Virus record (IMG/VR): IMGVR_UViG_3300027278_000003
DNA length: 64,000 nt
Source: a virus
Taxonomy: Duplodnaviria; Caudoviricetes
Strand: one strand, 5' to 3'
Every line of letters starts with the position of its first letter. Within the stretch, counting starts at the first letter, position 1. The position numbers and the translations under genes were made by a program. The notes under the pieces were generated by a model. The model had not been told where the DNA came from. It saw only the letters and a list, made by a program, of their open reading frames with translations, and did not search any database. Positions 1 to 9,225 of this stretch are shown piece by piece.

Positions 1-1
1 T

Positions 2-139
2 ACAGACATATGGCTGAGTCGTGAAGAAACACCGGAACTGTTTAGATACTTTGCTAAAAATTCAGATTACAACTGGGAAGTAACATACGAACCACTACCA
101 GACAATGGTATGCAGCAATGGGTAATGAGAAAATATTAA
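2..139 (+). CDS. 3' end of a gene truncated by the window edge (...WEVTYEPLPDNGMQQWVMRKY*)
   Basis: Open frame from nt 2 to TAA at 137-139, overlapping the start of the next ORF. Confidence 0.55.
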   Translation, partial: TDIWLSREETPELFRYFAKNSDYNWEVTYEPLPDNGMQQWVMRKY

Positions 140-1707
140 AGAAAAAGATACTACTGGGATCTATTTCTATCATCCATTCAAACTGGTTGCCGTATGCTGC
201 TGGATGTTTGATTAGTTATTGCAATCGAATAGAAGCGATAACACAGCGTTATGAATTTCATACTCCTATATATAAACACAAACCGGTAGAATATTACCGA
301 GATTTGTTTCTTGATACCGACATACTTGGCTTGACATGTTATGTGTGGAATCAAAGTTACAATGATGAACTATCAAAATATTTCAAATCTGTGAATCCAA
401 ACGGTATCGTAATCTACGGTGGTCCGCAAATACCAGAACGTACAGAAGAAAAACTACAGTTTGATGCAGAACGAGATTGGGTAGACTGTACGATTGCAGG
501 ACTTGGGGAAATTGCATTCGCGGAATGGTTGCAAGACTTAGAATACAGCAATGCTACATTAAAAACAATGCCAACACCTTACACTGATGGAGTATTCGAC
601 AGTTTGTTGAATATTGGTGAGGATTTCAAAGTAAGTTTTGAAACGAACAGAGGATGTCCATACAGTTGTGCGTTTTGTGATTGGGGTGGTCAGTCTAAAA
701 GTAAACTGACGAAATTCGACATCAATAAAGTATATGCGACGATAGATTACATATACAAGTTTAAGAATATCAGCGAGTTAGAAATTCTAGACGCAAACTT
801 TGGTATCTTAAAACAAGACATTGACATTATTGATTATATGATAGCAAAACAAAATGAAAACGACAACTATCTAAAAATATCGTACAGTGGATTGGCCAAG
901 AACGGAAGTAAAAACCTACCAATCATACTTCAAAAGATATTTGACAACGTTAGTATTGATCAACGAAATCTTAAATTGAGTTTTCAAACTCATACTCCAG
1001 AAGTTTTAGAAATCATTAATAGATCAAATATCGACAACAGTAGATTGCTTCCACTGATCAATGAATACAAAGCAAACAACATACCAACAACAAGTGAAAT
1101 GATAATTGCACTTCCGGGAGAAACAGCAGACAGTTGGTTGAAAACTCTACATTACAATTATCACACTCTTGGTATAGATTATGTGAGAACCTACTTCTTG
1201 CACTTGGTATCAAATATCGATATGTCAAGTGACGAATACAAAGAGCGATACGGCATAAAGACCAAGATTATTAAGATTGGTCATCAGGAATTTGAAATCA
1301 TACATCGTTGCATGAGTTACGACTTAGATGAATTAGTTAAGATGTTTGATTATCATTGGTTCTATCACAACTTGATCAACACTGACTTATTAAAGTCGCA
1401 TATAAATAACGTGTATGAAGATTGTTTGATGTTCTTTGAGCAATTAGAAAATATGCCAACATTATCAGTCATTGTAGAAAAGAACCGAGATTTGGTAAGA
1501 CGAATATTTTCCGATACACAAGTAACCGAATTACACAATTCTCTTGAGCAACGTTATTTTAGTTCAAGTTTGCGCACGAACGATCTTGAACAAATTATAA
1601 AAAATCACAAACATATAGAAGATGAATTATTTGCAGTGTTTGGATACAGTATAAACTCAGAATGGAAATGCGACTCTCCAAAGAGTGCAATCGCAATTAT
1701 TACATAA
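118..1707 (+). CDS. B12-binding-domain radical SAM enzyme (class B methyltransferase-like)
   Basis: ETNRGCPYSCAFCDWG (CxxxCxxC); N-terminal LPYAAGCL...GLTCYVWN...IYGGPQ cobalamin-binding-like domain; DANFG and IIALPGET motifs. Confidence 0.85.
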   Translation: MGNEKILKKKILLGSISIIHSNWLPYAAGCLISYCNRIEAITQRYEFHTPIYKHKPVEYYRDLFLDTDILGLTCYVWNQSYNDELSKYFKSVNPNGIVIYGGPQIPERTEEKLQFDAERDWVDCTIAGLGEIAFAEWLQDLEYSNATLKTMPTPYTDGVFDSLLNIGEDFKVSFETNRGCPYSCAFCDWGGQSKSKLTKFDINKVYATIDYIYKFKNISELEILDANFGILKQDIDIIDYMIAKQNENDNYLKISYSGLAKNGSKNLPIILQKIFDNVSIDQRNLKLSFQTHTPEVLEIINRSNIDNSRLLPLINEYKANNIPTTSEMIIALPGETADSWLKTLHYNYHTLGIDYVRTYFLHLVSNIDMSSDEYKERYGIKTKIIKIGHQEFEIIHRCMSYDLDELVKMFDYHWFYHNLINTDLLKSHINNVYEDCLMFFEQLENMPTLSVIVEKNRDLVRRIFSDTQVTELHNSLEQRYFSSSLRTNDLEQIIKNHKHIEDELFAVFGYSINSEWKCDSPKSAIAIIT

Positions 1708-1716
1708 GGCTTAAAA

Positions 1717-2244
1717 ATGGAACAAAAATTACAACGGTGGAGAAAATACTTTTTTCATGTACCAGAGTTGGACTTAAACAGCGATCAACGTGGACTTTTG
1801 CGTGACAAGTTTGAGTTTCAACGTAAAAAAGGATATATGTTTCAAAGTGAATCACTAGATTGTTACTACACTAACACCAAGATGTTAGAAGACATTTACC
1901 CAGAACATATTATTGAAGATATAAACAAAATATGCAAGGGCTATGAGTTTTTAGCAAACTATGGAGAAGTGTTGCGACATCGTGATAGAATTAGATTTGC
2001 CGCGCTGACTATACCTGTGTATAACGAGGATGAAGTTGGTACCGAATTCTGGGACGAAGCACAATCAGAAGTAATTGAAAACTTACACTATGACAACAAA
2101 ACATGGATCATGAGAACACAAGTACCGCACAGTGTTAGAAAAAAGACTCCAAACATCAGAGTGTTCTGGCAAGGTAGTATTCATGGTATGTCGTTTGATG
2201 ATGTTATGTATGAATACGAAGAAGGTAATATATTCAAATCATGA
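1717..2244 (+). CDS. DSBH / 2OG-Fe(II) oxygenase-like protein
   Basis: LRHRD...VPHSV...IRVFWQ: HxD...H...R arrangement. Confidence 0.5.
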   Translation: MEQKLQRWRKYFFHVPELDLNSDQRGLLRDKFEFQRKKGYMFQSESLDCYYTNTKMLEDIYPEHIIEDINKICKGYEFLANYGEVLRHRDRIRFAALTIPVYNEDEVGTEFWDEAQSEVIENLHYDNKTWIMRTQVPHSVRKKTPNIRVFWQGSIHGMSFDDVMYEYEEGNIFKS

Positions 2245-3002
2245 GTTACGTAGAAACCAAAGATGATGAAGTATTGGGTAAACTTTATAGTTACACACAC
2301 TTTGACATACCATTACAGGGATTGAACGGTAACCCGTTTCATAATTTTACTGATGGACATGACTTTGATTTTGAACGTATGGATGATGAAATATGTGCAG
2401 CACTAGCAGTGAGCGACTTGTCTAAACTTCCAATGGTTGGTAGTGCAATTCCACCAAAGTTTGCAGGAGACTTGCCACTCGAAGAAGATGCATTGTTCAA
2501 TTTTGACGGTGACTTAGAGATAGTCAAAAATATGACACAGCAAGAACGCAGAAAGTACATGATCTTCAAGCGCAAATGTGTCGCACCGTGGTTCTTTGTA
2601 TTGGACTTGAAGCCAAACGTGTTCAAGACAAAACACTTAGACAAATTTCCATGGGAACCAATCATGGAAATGATGCCATATACAAAATCGTGTATAGAGA
2701 AACTCCCATTTAAAGAAATAGGCAGAGTGGTGATTTATGGATCATGGGCAGATTCTAAAGTAGTCTGTCACCGAGATTACCCACCAAGAGATACTATCTC
2801 ACATCATATCAATTTTCATCCAGGTGGAAACAGACCAGTATATGTTTATGATTCTATGAATGACAAAAAGATATACTTACCAGATAATCACAGATTATAT
2901 GCATACAACGTAACAGATTATCATGGCGTAGATCCTGTACCTTATTTCAGCTACACAGTGAGAGTAGACGGCACGTATGATGACAGTGTTGGAATAGAAT
3001 GA
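2241..3002 (+). CDS. DSBH / 2OG-Fe(II) oxygenase-like protein
   Basis: VCHRD...DYHGVD...TVRVDG; ATGA overlap with the previous gene. Confidence 0.55.
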   Translation: MSYVETKDDEVLGKLYSYTHFDIPLQGLNGNPFHNFTDGHDFDFERMDDEICAALAVSDLSKLPMVGSAIPPKFAGDLPLEEDALFNFDGDLEIVKNMTQQERRKYMIFKRKCVAPWFFVLDLKPNVFKTKHLDKFPWEPIMEMMPYTKSCIEKLPFKEIGRVVIYGSWADSKVVCHRDYPPRDTISHHINFHPGGNRPVYVYDSMNDKKIYLPDNHRLYAYNVTDYHGVDPVPYFSYTVRVDGTYDDSVGIE

Positions 3003-3616
3003 AAATTATTTTAGGTACGCCGCGTTCAGGTACCAGTTTTGTTGCAAATTGGTATGCAAATGAACTACCCGATCACAAGTACATGTTACCAGAAAAATTA
3101 GGAGAGTATTTTCATCCAGACTTTTTTGCATCAGACGATGTAGATGCAGAAACACTAGAGCGAATTTCTGGACTGCCAATTAAATGCATTTTTAAATTGC
3201 ATACTGGTAAGGAAATGAGCAAGCATATATGGGAATATATTTCAGATAAGCCTGTGATATTGGTGAAGCGTAAAGATATTCTAGGACAGTTTATTAGCAT
3301 TGGTGTAGGTTACACTACGAATAAATGGGTCAACTTCAAAGCAAAGAACACTAATGGATTGCAAGCTGGACAAACATTCTATTATAAAAAAGAATGGTTT
3401 GACGATTTAGCAGAACGAATTATGTCTTTACAAAGTATCGAAAATACGTTATTATTAGAGCGCACCATATGGTTTGAAGATTTAGATCAATTCAAACCGA
3501 ACGGTGAACTGCCTACAAGACAAAACAGTTTGCCAAACGATGTGAAGTTACAGTATATAGAAAACAAAGAAGAATTTCTATCATGGATGAAGATATTTGA
3601 GGACAGCAATGTATAA
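2999..3616 (+). CDS. Sulfotransferase-family protein (P-loop, PAPS-binding)
   Basis: N-terminal GTPRSGTS 5'-PSB loop; ILVKRKDILGQFIS resembles the 3'-PB motif of Stf0-like enzymes. Confidence 0.7.
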   Translation: MKIILGTPRSGTSFVANWYANELPDHKYMLPEKLGEYFHPDFFASDDVDAETLERISGLPIKCIFKLHTGKEMSKHIWEYISDKPVILVKRKDILGQFISIGVGYTTNKWVNFKAKNTNGLQAGQTFYYKKEWFDDLAERIMSLQSIENTLLLERTIWFEDLDQFKPNGELPTRQNSLPNDVKLQYIENKEEFLSWMKIFEDSNV

Positions 3617-4214
3617 GACGTTAGTAGAAAATAAAGTTTGGCTGTTTGAAGACTTTCTATCACCAGAAGATTTTAATTATCTAGAAGAAACGTATGTGTC
3701 AAAAGATTTTGACATGATCCATGTGAACAATAAAGACTTCACGCCGTTGATGGCGGACACGGGTATGAGTTATCGTGTCATTACCATGGATATTTACGAA
3801 CCTATATATGCTGCACTTAACGATTTATCCGTCAATGAGTTCGGTAGGTCTATGGAATGCATTAAGACAGGCGGTCTGAATATGCAATATAAACGATTTG
3901 AAGGCAGTGACTTCTATGATTTACATGCGGAAGACAGTGTGAAATATGGTGATCTAGTTTATATTATGTATCTAACTGATGAAACTGATGGAGAGCTTGT
4001 GCTACCAAGTTATGAGGATGCACAGAGAGAATGGACGGCAGGGTTTCAACAGATGACCGAACAATTCAAAGTCGGCTTCTCAGATAAAACAATTAGTATA
4101 ACACCAAAGAAAAACACATGTGCAGTGATGCGTACTGGCATAGCACACATTGTAAGAGAATGTAGCGGTAGAAGGGACAGTATCGCAGGTTGGCCATGGT
4201 TCATTAAAAAATGA
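3609..4214 (+). CDS. 2OG-Fe(II) dioxygenase (prolyl-hydroxylase-like)
   Basis: YDLHAED...YIMYL...GELV...IAHIV...RRDSIAGW; start moved to the ATG at 3609. Confidence 0.7.
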   Translation: MYKTLVENKVWLFEDFLSPEDFNYLEETYVSKDFDMIHVNNKDFTPLMADTGMSYRVITMDIYEPIYAALNDLSVNEFGRSMECIKTGGLNMQYKRFEGSDFYDLHAEDSVKYGDLVYIMYLTDETDGELVLPSYEDAQREWTAGFQQMTEQFKVGFSDKTISITPKKNTCAVMRTGIAHIVRECSGRRDSIAGWPWFIKK

Positions 4215-4771
4215 GACATTTACGGGCATCAAATGACATCTATGACATAGATGAAATAAAAAAGTTATTAAATGACACACAGTTTTATGGTCTTCCGGGT
4301 CAACTGACATACGATGGACCCGTAGAACTGGATATGGTTCCTGAAAGTTTGAAGAAGTTGTTTGATGAAACATATATCACTGCTGGTTTTGTTAAGGTAT
4401 CGACCGACTATAATTTACCACCACACGAAGACAACTTTTTAGCAAGTAAATTGAACCCTTACAGAAATTTACTTGGTGACTTTTACATTGACTGGTTAGA
4501 AAAAACGGGCAACAGAATGTGTAGTTTCATGATACCAGTTGAGGGTGATTTTGTTAATACTCGCACCGATTTGTATTGGAAAGAAACAAAAGAAAAGTTC
4601 GACAGTTTTACACTAGAAGATGGACCTGTACTATTCCAAACACGAGGTGATGTTATGCACGGTGTTGACAACAGAAATAAAAATGAAAGAATTACATTTC
4701 AATTAAGTTTTGGAGATAGCTATGAATACGTCAGAGATAAGATTCTTGCCTCTGGATTTGCCAAAGTTTGA
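4211..4771 (+). CDS. DSBH / 2OG-Fe(II) oxygenase-like protein
   Basis: LPPHED...MHGVDN...ERITFQLSF. Confidence 0.6.
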   Translation: MRHLRASNDIYDIDEIKKLLNDTQFYGLPGQLTYDGPVELDMVPESLKKLFDETYITAGFVKVSTDYNLPPHEDNFLASKLNPYRNLLGDFYIDWLEKTGNRMCSFMIPVEGDFVNTRTDLYWKETKEKFDSFTLEDGPVLFQTRGDVMHGVDNRNKNERITFQLSFGDSYEYVRDKILASGFAKV

Positions 4772-5384
4772 ACACAAGCAAAAAGTATTGGATGAATTCA
4801 ATCCAGATACTGAATTCTACTTTTGGGGCGAAGAATATATTACGGTACGTGACCGATCCATCCCATTCCACGATCCTATGCCTATAAAAGAAGGGGTGCA
4901 TACCGAACTAGTAGAATATGTCAAAGAGCATTTTCCATTTACGGGTATAGTACTGTTTAAACTTGTAAGGGCCAACAGGGATGTTAAGCCTCACGTGGAT
5001 GACAACTATATTGACTATGTTGGTCCTAGTAAAGACTTCAATACCATAAGCAGAGAATTTAGAGATCACCAACTTAATACGGAACCTTGTGGATATCGTA
5101 TGACAATCGCAGGTGATCGTAAGAGTTTGTATCTTACTGATGGTGAGCCTAGAGTAATCGATGGTAAGCTAGTTTACGGTGAAATTACCGAGCATATTGA
5201 AACGGAAGTACCAGAAGACACAGATTGCTTTGCATTAAAAACATATGGAAGTATGCATGGTGTCAAAAAGACAGACAAAGATGACAACCGATTACTTTTG
5301 TTTGTAGTTGGTTGGTTAGACGAACAGCGGCATAAAGAACTAGTTGAACGCAGTTACGTAAAATATAAGGATTATGTTAGATGA
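4722..5384 (+). CDS. DSBH / 2OG-Fe(II) oxygenase-like protein
   Basis: VKPHVD...MHGVKK...NRLLLF; start uncertain, overlaps the previous gene by about 50 nt. Confidence 0.55.
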   Translation: MNTSEIRFLPLDLPKFEHKQKVLDEFNPDTEFYFWGEEYITVRDRSIPFHDPMPIKEGVHTELVEYVKEHFPFTGIVLFKLVRANRDVKPHVDDNYIDYVGPSKDFNTISREFRDHQLNTEPCGYRMTIAGDRKSLYLTDGEPRVIDGKLVYGEITEHIETEVPEDTDCFALKTYGSMHGVKKTDKDDNRLLLFVVGWLDEQRHKELVERSYVKYKDYVR

Positions 5385-5650
5385 ACATATGGAGTTTTGA
5401 AACATATGTCGCAGACAGTCCAATACACGGTAAAGGTAGATACACATATGAACCTATACGTCTGGGAGAAACTGTACTACGTATCGACGGAAACATTCAC
5501 AAGAATGAAAACCAAAGTTATGTAAATCATAGTATCGATAACAATTTAGACTACGTAGGTAGTAATACCTGGGTAGCAAGCAGGGATATCGATCCAAATG
5601 AAGAACTAACAATGAATTATTTGCAATGGATAAAGGAGTTGCCATTTTGA
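5381..5650 (+). CDS. Minimal SET-domain protein (putative lysine methyltransferase)
   Basis: SPIHGKGRYT (motif I), YVNHS (motif III), DIDPNEELTMNY (motif IV). Confidence 0.8.
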   Translation: MNIWSFETYVADSPIHGKGRYTYEPIRLGETVLRIDGNIHKNENQSYVNHSIDNNLDYVGSNTWVASRDIDPNEELTMNYLQWIKELPF

Positions 5651-6153
5651 AAATAGCATTAACGGGTGATAGTTCGGGATTTGGTCCGTACGTAAGAGAC
5701 ACACTTGAAAATCTAGGACACGAAGTGATCGGATTGAGTAGATCAAAAGGATATGATCTGTCAACTACTATTGGTAGAGAACTTGCCATCTATGCAACAG
5801 AAGATTGCGATGTTTTTATTAATAATAGTTCTGCTGGTGGGTGGCAACCACACATGCTTGAAGATTGGTTGTTGGCATATTACAATCAAAACAAAACTAT
5901 TATCAACATAAGCAGCAATCTTGCACTGGTGAACGAACCCGCGGCAGAACATGTAGCGGAATGGCTTTGTAAAAATAAATTGAATGATGTGCATCGCAAA
6001 TTCATAAATGGTAGTGATTACCATGTAAAATGCCAGTCTAAAATACTCAGTTGGGGTTATTGGAATAATCATCCAATTGCAAAAGATCACCCAGAGGTGA
6101 TAACGAAAATGACAATTAAGGAAGCGATACAAGATATCGTTGATTTACTATGA
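5647..6153 (+). CDS. Short-chain dehydrogenase/reductase-like Rossmann protein
   Basis: KIALTGDSSGFG, DVFINN, IINISS; probable TTG start at 5647. Confidence 0.65.
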   Translation: MKIALTGDSSGFGPYVRDTLENLGHEVIGLSRSKGYDLSTTIGRELAIYATEDCDVFINNSSAGGWQPHMLEDWLLAYYNQNKTIINISSNLALVNEPAAEHVAEWLCKNKLNDVHRKFINGSDYHVKCQSKILSWGYWNNHPIAKDHPEVITKMTIKEAIQDIVDLL

Positions 6154-6647
6154 AATACGCTATAACTGGTCACACATACGGTATTGGTGAAGGGCTTTAT
6201 AAACGTCTTTCACCAAATGCAATTGGTTTCAGCAAAAGCACCGGATATGACATAACCAAAAAAGAAATTAGAAAGAAAATAATTGAAGAAGTACACGATT
6301 GTGATGTATTCATCAACAATGCGCCTGCTGGATTTGGGCAGAGTGAACTGTGTTTAGAACTTTGGCAAGCGTGGAAACATACAAACAAAACAATTATAAA
6401 CGTTGGTAGTCGAATTGCTGAAGGTGACATAGTATATCAATATCCAGGCGTGATGATTGAATATGGTATGCACAAAAAGACACTAAAAACTCTCACCGAA
6501 GATTTGCAAAAGATAGACGCACCAATCAATGTTGTGTATCGTTGGTTTGCATATGTTGGAACTCCTAAAATACTAAGCAAGTATCCTGACTTCACTACGG
6601 ACGACTACATCACAATTGACGAGGCGGTGGATATAATACTATCTTGA
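6150..6647 (+). CDS. Short-chain dehydrogenase/reductase-like Rossmann protein (paralog of the previous gene)
   Basis: YAITGHTYGIG, CDVFINNA, IINVGS, YGMHK (YxxxK-like). Confidence 0.7.
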   Translation: MKYAITGHTYGIGEGLYKRLSPNAIGFSKSTGYDITKKEIRKKIIEEVHDCDVFINNAPAGFGQSELCLELWQAWKHTNKTIINVGSRIAEGDIVYQYPGVMIEYGMHKKTLKTLTEDLQKIDAPINVVYRWFAYVGTPKILSKYPDFTTDDYITIDEAVDIILS

Positions 6648-6671
6648 TAAATACTCTATGAGGAGATTATC

Positions 6672-6986
6672 ATGGGAGACGTAGTTGAACTATCAACGAA
6701 AGTAACATCTGCGGCAATGCCTTGGATAGCACTGTTGTTTTCGATTGTTGTTACAATTTGGATAAAAGATTGGGCTACCAACCTAGCAAAGGGTTGGAGT
6801 TTTTTAAAAAGCCCAGCATTTAATCCGGGCGATAAGGTCTACCTAGACGGTGAACCTGCGATGATTATCTCTATTGGATTAACTAAGACCATTTTTGAGA
6901 TAGAGCGAGATGGCAAAACGGTATGGAGATACATACCAAATCATCGAATAGATTTTGTGAAGATAGAAAAGATAGTAGATAAGTGA
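6672..6986 (+). CDS. Small MscS-like membrane protein (TM helix plus beta domain)
   Basis: Hydrophobic helix, then FNPGDKVYLDGEPAMIISIGLTKT...IPN; late promoter TAAATA at 6648 and GGAG RBS. Confidence 0.6.
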   Translation: MGDVVELSTKVTSAAMPWIALLFSIVVTIWIKDWATNLAKGWSFLKSPAFNPGDKVYLDGEPAMIISIGLTKTIFEIERDGKTVWRYIPNHRIDFVKIEKIVDK

Positions 6987-7651
6987 TGTTAAATTTCTGG
7001 AACTGGCCACGACGAAGCGATGAAAAAGCGATTGAAATCGAAAGTCCAGTTGAGGAAATAGAGAATGACACAACTCACTATCTTTTCATTCACGGCGCAA
7101 ATCAGTCTAGGCTTTCTTGGAACTGCATCATACACTTGTTGCAACCACAAAATTATACAACGCTAGAATACAACACCAACAATCGATTCTTTGACAATCT
7201 AGACATGCTTTCAGAACAGATTGCAAACATAGATGTAAAGATGTTTATAGTTGGACACTCACTTGGTGGTATTTACGGTCTACATCTTTACAATCTACAC
7301 AGAGACAAGTTTAAAGGTGCAGTTACGGCAAGTACCCCATATGGTGGAAGTCGAACCGCAGACTGGGCGAAATATATGGTCCCAGGTTACCCTTTATTCA
7401 AAGAAATTGGCGTTAGAGCAAAGCCAATTTCAGAACTAAAGAACATCAAAATTGAAATCCCTTGGACGCAAATCGTTACAACACGTGGTGCAACGCCGTG
7501 GCACGGCGGCGCAAACGATGGGGTTGTTACTTATGATAGTATGACCCTACGTGACGATATGCAGTATATAGAAGTTGCTGAAAATCACTATGAAATCCTA
7601 GCGTCAGACGATACAGTAGAAATAATAAAAAAACTTGCAACAAAAACTTGA
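6983..7651 (+). CDS. Alpha/beta hydrolase (esterase/lipase-like)
   Basis: LFIHG, GHSLGG nucleophile elbow, NDGVV, C-terminal NHY. Confidence 0.8.
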   Translation: MMLNFWNWPRRSDEKAIEIESPVEEIENDTTHYLFIHGANQSRLSWNCIIHLLQPQNYTTLEYNTNNRFFDNLDMLSEQIANIDVKMFIVGHSLGGIYGLHLYNLHRDKFKGAVTASTPYGGSRTADWAKYMVPGYPLFKEIGVRAKPISELKNIKIEIPWTQIVTTRGATPWHGGANDGVVTYDSMTLRDDMQYIEVAENHYEILASDDTVEIIKKLATKT

Positions 7652-7675
7652 CATCCCAACGAATCATGCTATATT
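7648..7675 (+). promoter_or_regulatory. sigma70-type early promoter with CGAATCA in the spacer
   Basis: TTGACA(7648)-N16-TATATT(7670), followed by a GAGGA RBS and small ORFs. Confidence 0.75.
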
Positions 7676-7707
7676 AATAGAGTAGTCGGAAAAGAGAGGA
7701 CTTCTCA

Positions 7708-7857
7708 ATGCGTGAAATGATTGAAAACTACATCAAAGCATGTGAACAAAACATCGCCAACTATATGTTGATTGAAGATGCCGATGAACGTCAACGTGCG
7801 CTTGATGCCGCATATGGCATGAAAGCAGATTTCGAAAAAATGCTGGAGACTCTCTAA
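7708..7857 (+). CDS. Small early hypothetical protein (49 aa)
   Basis: GAGAGGA RBS; MREMIENYIKACEQ...; TAATG junction to the next ORF. Confidence 0.65.
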   Translation: MREMIENYIKACEQNIANYMLIEDADERQRALDAAYGMKADFEKMLETL

Positions 7858-7997
7858 TGTACACTGTTGAATACGGTTTCTACAACTATCCCCGTAAAAC
7901 AAAAACATTTGACACCTACGCTGCTGCGAAAGGTTTCTTTTACGCAATGTCGCGTAAGAACGGCGTCAAGCGTGTAGAACTTAAGGAGGCTGTATAA
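7857..7997 (+). CDS. Small early hypothetical protein (46 aa)
   Basis: MYTVEYGFYNYPRKTK...; TAATG coupling at both ends. Confidence 0.6.
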   Translation: MYTVEYGFYNYPRKTKTFDTYAAAKGFFYAMSRKNGVKRVELKEAV

Positions 7998-8194
7998 TGT
8001 TCAATAAGTTTCTTGAAAATATGAGGTATGGTGTGTCTCTTGATGAAAACAAGTATCCTGACGACACAATTAACTGGGACTTTGTTGATGCCGATATGTA
8101 TGCGAAGTGGAGCGTTCTGATTGATGGCGAAACATACACTCAATGGTTTGAAAAAGTTGCAGACGAAATCGAAGGAGTTGAAGATACAGCATGA
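7997..8194 (+). CDS. Small early hypothetical protein
   Basis: ORF track; AAGGAGG RBS; translational coupling. Confidence 0.65.
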   Translation: MFNKFLENMRYGVSLDENKYPDDTINWDFVDADMYAKWSVLIDGETYTQWFEKVADEIEGVEDTA

Positions 8195-8337
8195 ACTTCA
8201 TAAGACAATTTTCTTTCTGCTTTGGTTAGAACGAGACGACCCGTCCGCGATGTATGCTACCTATACAGTGACGGAAGCAATCGATGCGCTGGCAGACATT
8301 ATGGGTGTAGACTCAACTAAACTACGGGAGTTGACAG

Positions 8338-8562
8338 ATGCGTGAGGCGATTGTTACTAAAGAATGGGGCGAAGTTGGCTTTGGCAGCAACAAGCGTGAT
8401 GGCTGGGCCTGGGAGGTTGCGTTCTTTGCAAGTGGTGACGAAGATGCAATTGATCGTCACTACTACAACACGGAACTTGCAGCACAGAATGCTGCCAATC
8501 TTTTTGAACGTGGCTTGTATTACACCGGTGAATACGGTGTCGTAGAATTTGAGGTTTGTTAA
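8338..8562 (+). CDS. Small hypothetical protein
   Basis: ORF track; GGGAG RBS. Confidence 0.6.
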   Translation: MREAIVTKEWGEVGFGSNKRDGWAWEVAFFASGDEDAIDRHYYNTELAAQNAANLFERGLYYTGEYGVVEFEVC

Positions 8563-8801
8563 TGCAAGATTTCATCAATACATATATCGCAGGAAATGGT
8601 TGGATCGGGGTCGCGTTGGGTCTCGCAATTTTTGCTATGGGATATTGGAGGGGACTTTCCAGAGTAAATAAGATTGCACCTCTTATCATTGATGCAACGA
8701 TTGCCGATCTTATCGAAAATGGTTTCGTTAAGACCAGGAAGCGTCTTGAGGACGGTGAATGGAAAGAGGAGTTGTTACGCCATGATGAAGAAGAAGTTTA
8801 A
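8562..8801 (+). CDS. Small membrane protein
   Basis: One hydrophobic segment (WIGVALGLAIFAMGYW); GAGG RBS. Confidence 0.6.
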   Translation: MQDFINTYIAGNGWIGVALGLAIFAMGYWRGLSRVNKIAPLIIDATIADLIENGFVKTRKRLEDGEWKEELLRHDEEEV

Positions 8802-8982
8802 TTTCACATCTTATGACGATATATCAGAGGACCTAGTTGGCTATGTTCTCACTATTTCGAATGAAGAAAAAATCACAAATCTAACTCTAGAAGAAATCAA
8901 CGATTTTTTGAACGAAGTTGATGAACACTTGTCCGACGATTGGGCGTGGCAAGATAGCGGCATAGAAATGGGATTTTATTGA
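8782..8982 (+). CDS. Small acidic hypothetical protein
   Basis: In-frame ATG at 8782 within the ORF-track entry; GAGGAG RBS upstream. Confidence 0.5.
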   Translation: MMKKKFNFTSYDDISEDLVGYVLTISNEEKITNLTLEEINDFLNEVDEHLSDDWAWQDSGIEMGFY

Positions 8983-9164
8983 TACCTAATACCAAAGAGT
9001 AGGATACACAGTGACTTGCAAAAATACAGTATTTTTGAGAGACATAATTTTTGAGCATCTTCCAGAATTGTTCCCCATGATGTCTTCCCGGCAACTCGCA
9101 TGGAGGACGGTGCAAAAATCGATACCGCGCCAAAAACTTTTTCTACTTTTTTTGCTGTAAGTTC

Positions 9165-9193
9165 TTGACAGATACCGCGAATCACTATATAAA
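9165..9193 (+). promoter_or_regulatory. sigma70-type early promoter with CGAATCA at spacer positions 8-14
   Basis: TTGACA(9165)-N17-TATAAA(9188); A/T tracts upstream. Confidence 0.8.
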
Positions 9194-9225
9194 GTATATG
9201 TAAGTTGATGAAAAGGGAATGAGAC

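Noticed and set aside
4722-4771. Programmed frameshift joining the two oxygenase-like ORFs
   Set aside because: No slippery heptamer or stimulatory structure; each ORF has its own complete HxD...H set, so a simple overlap is sufficient
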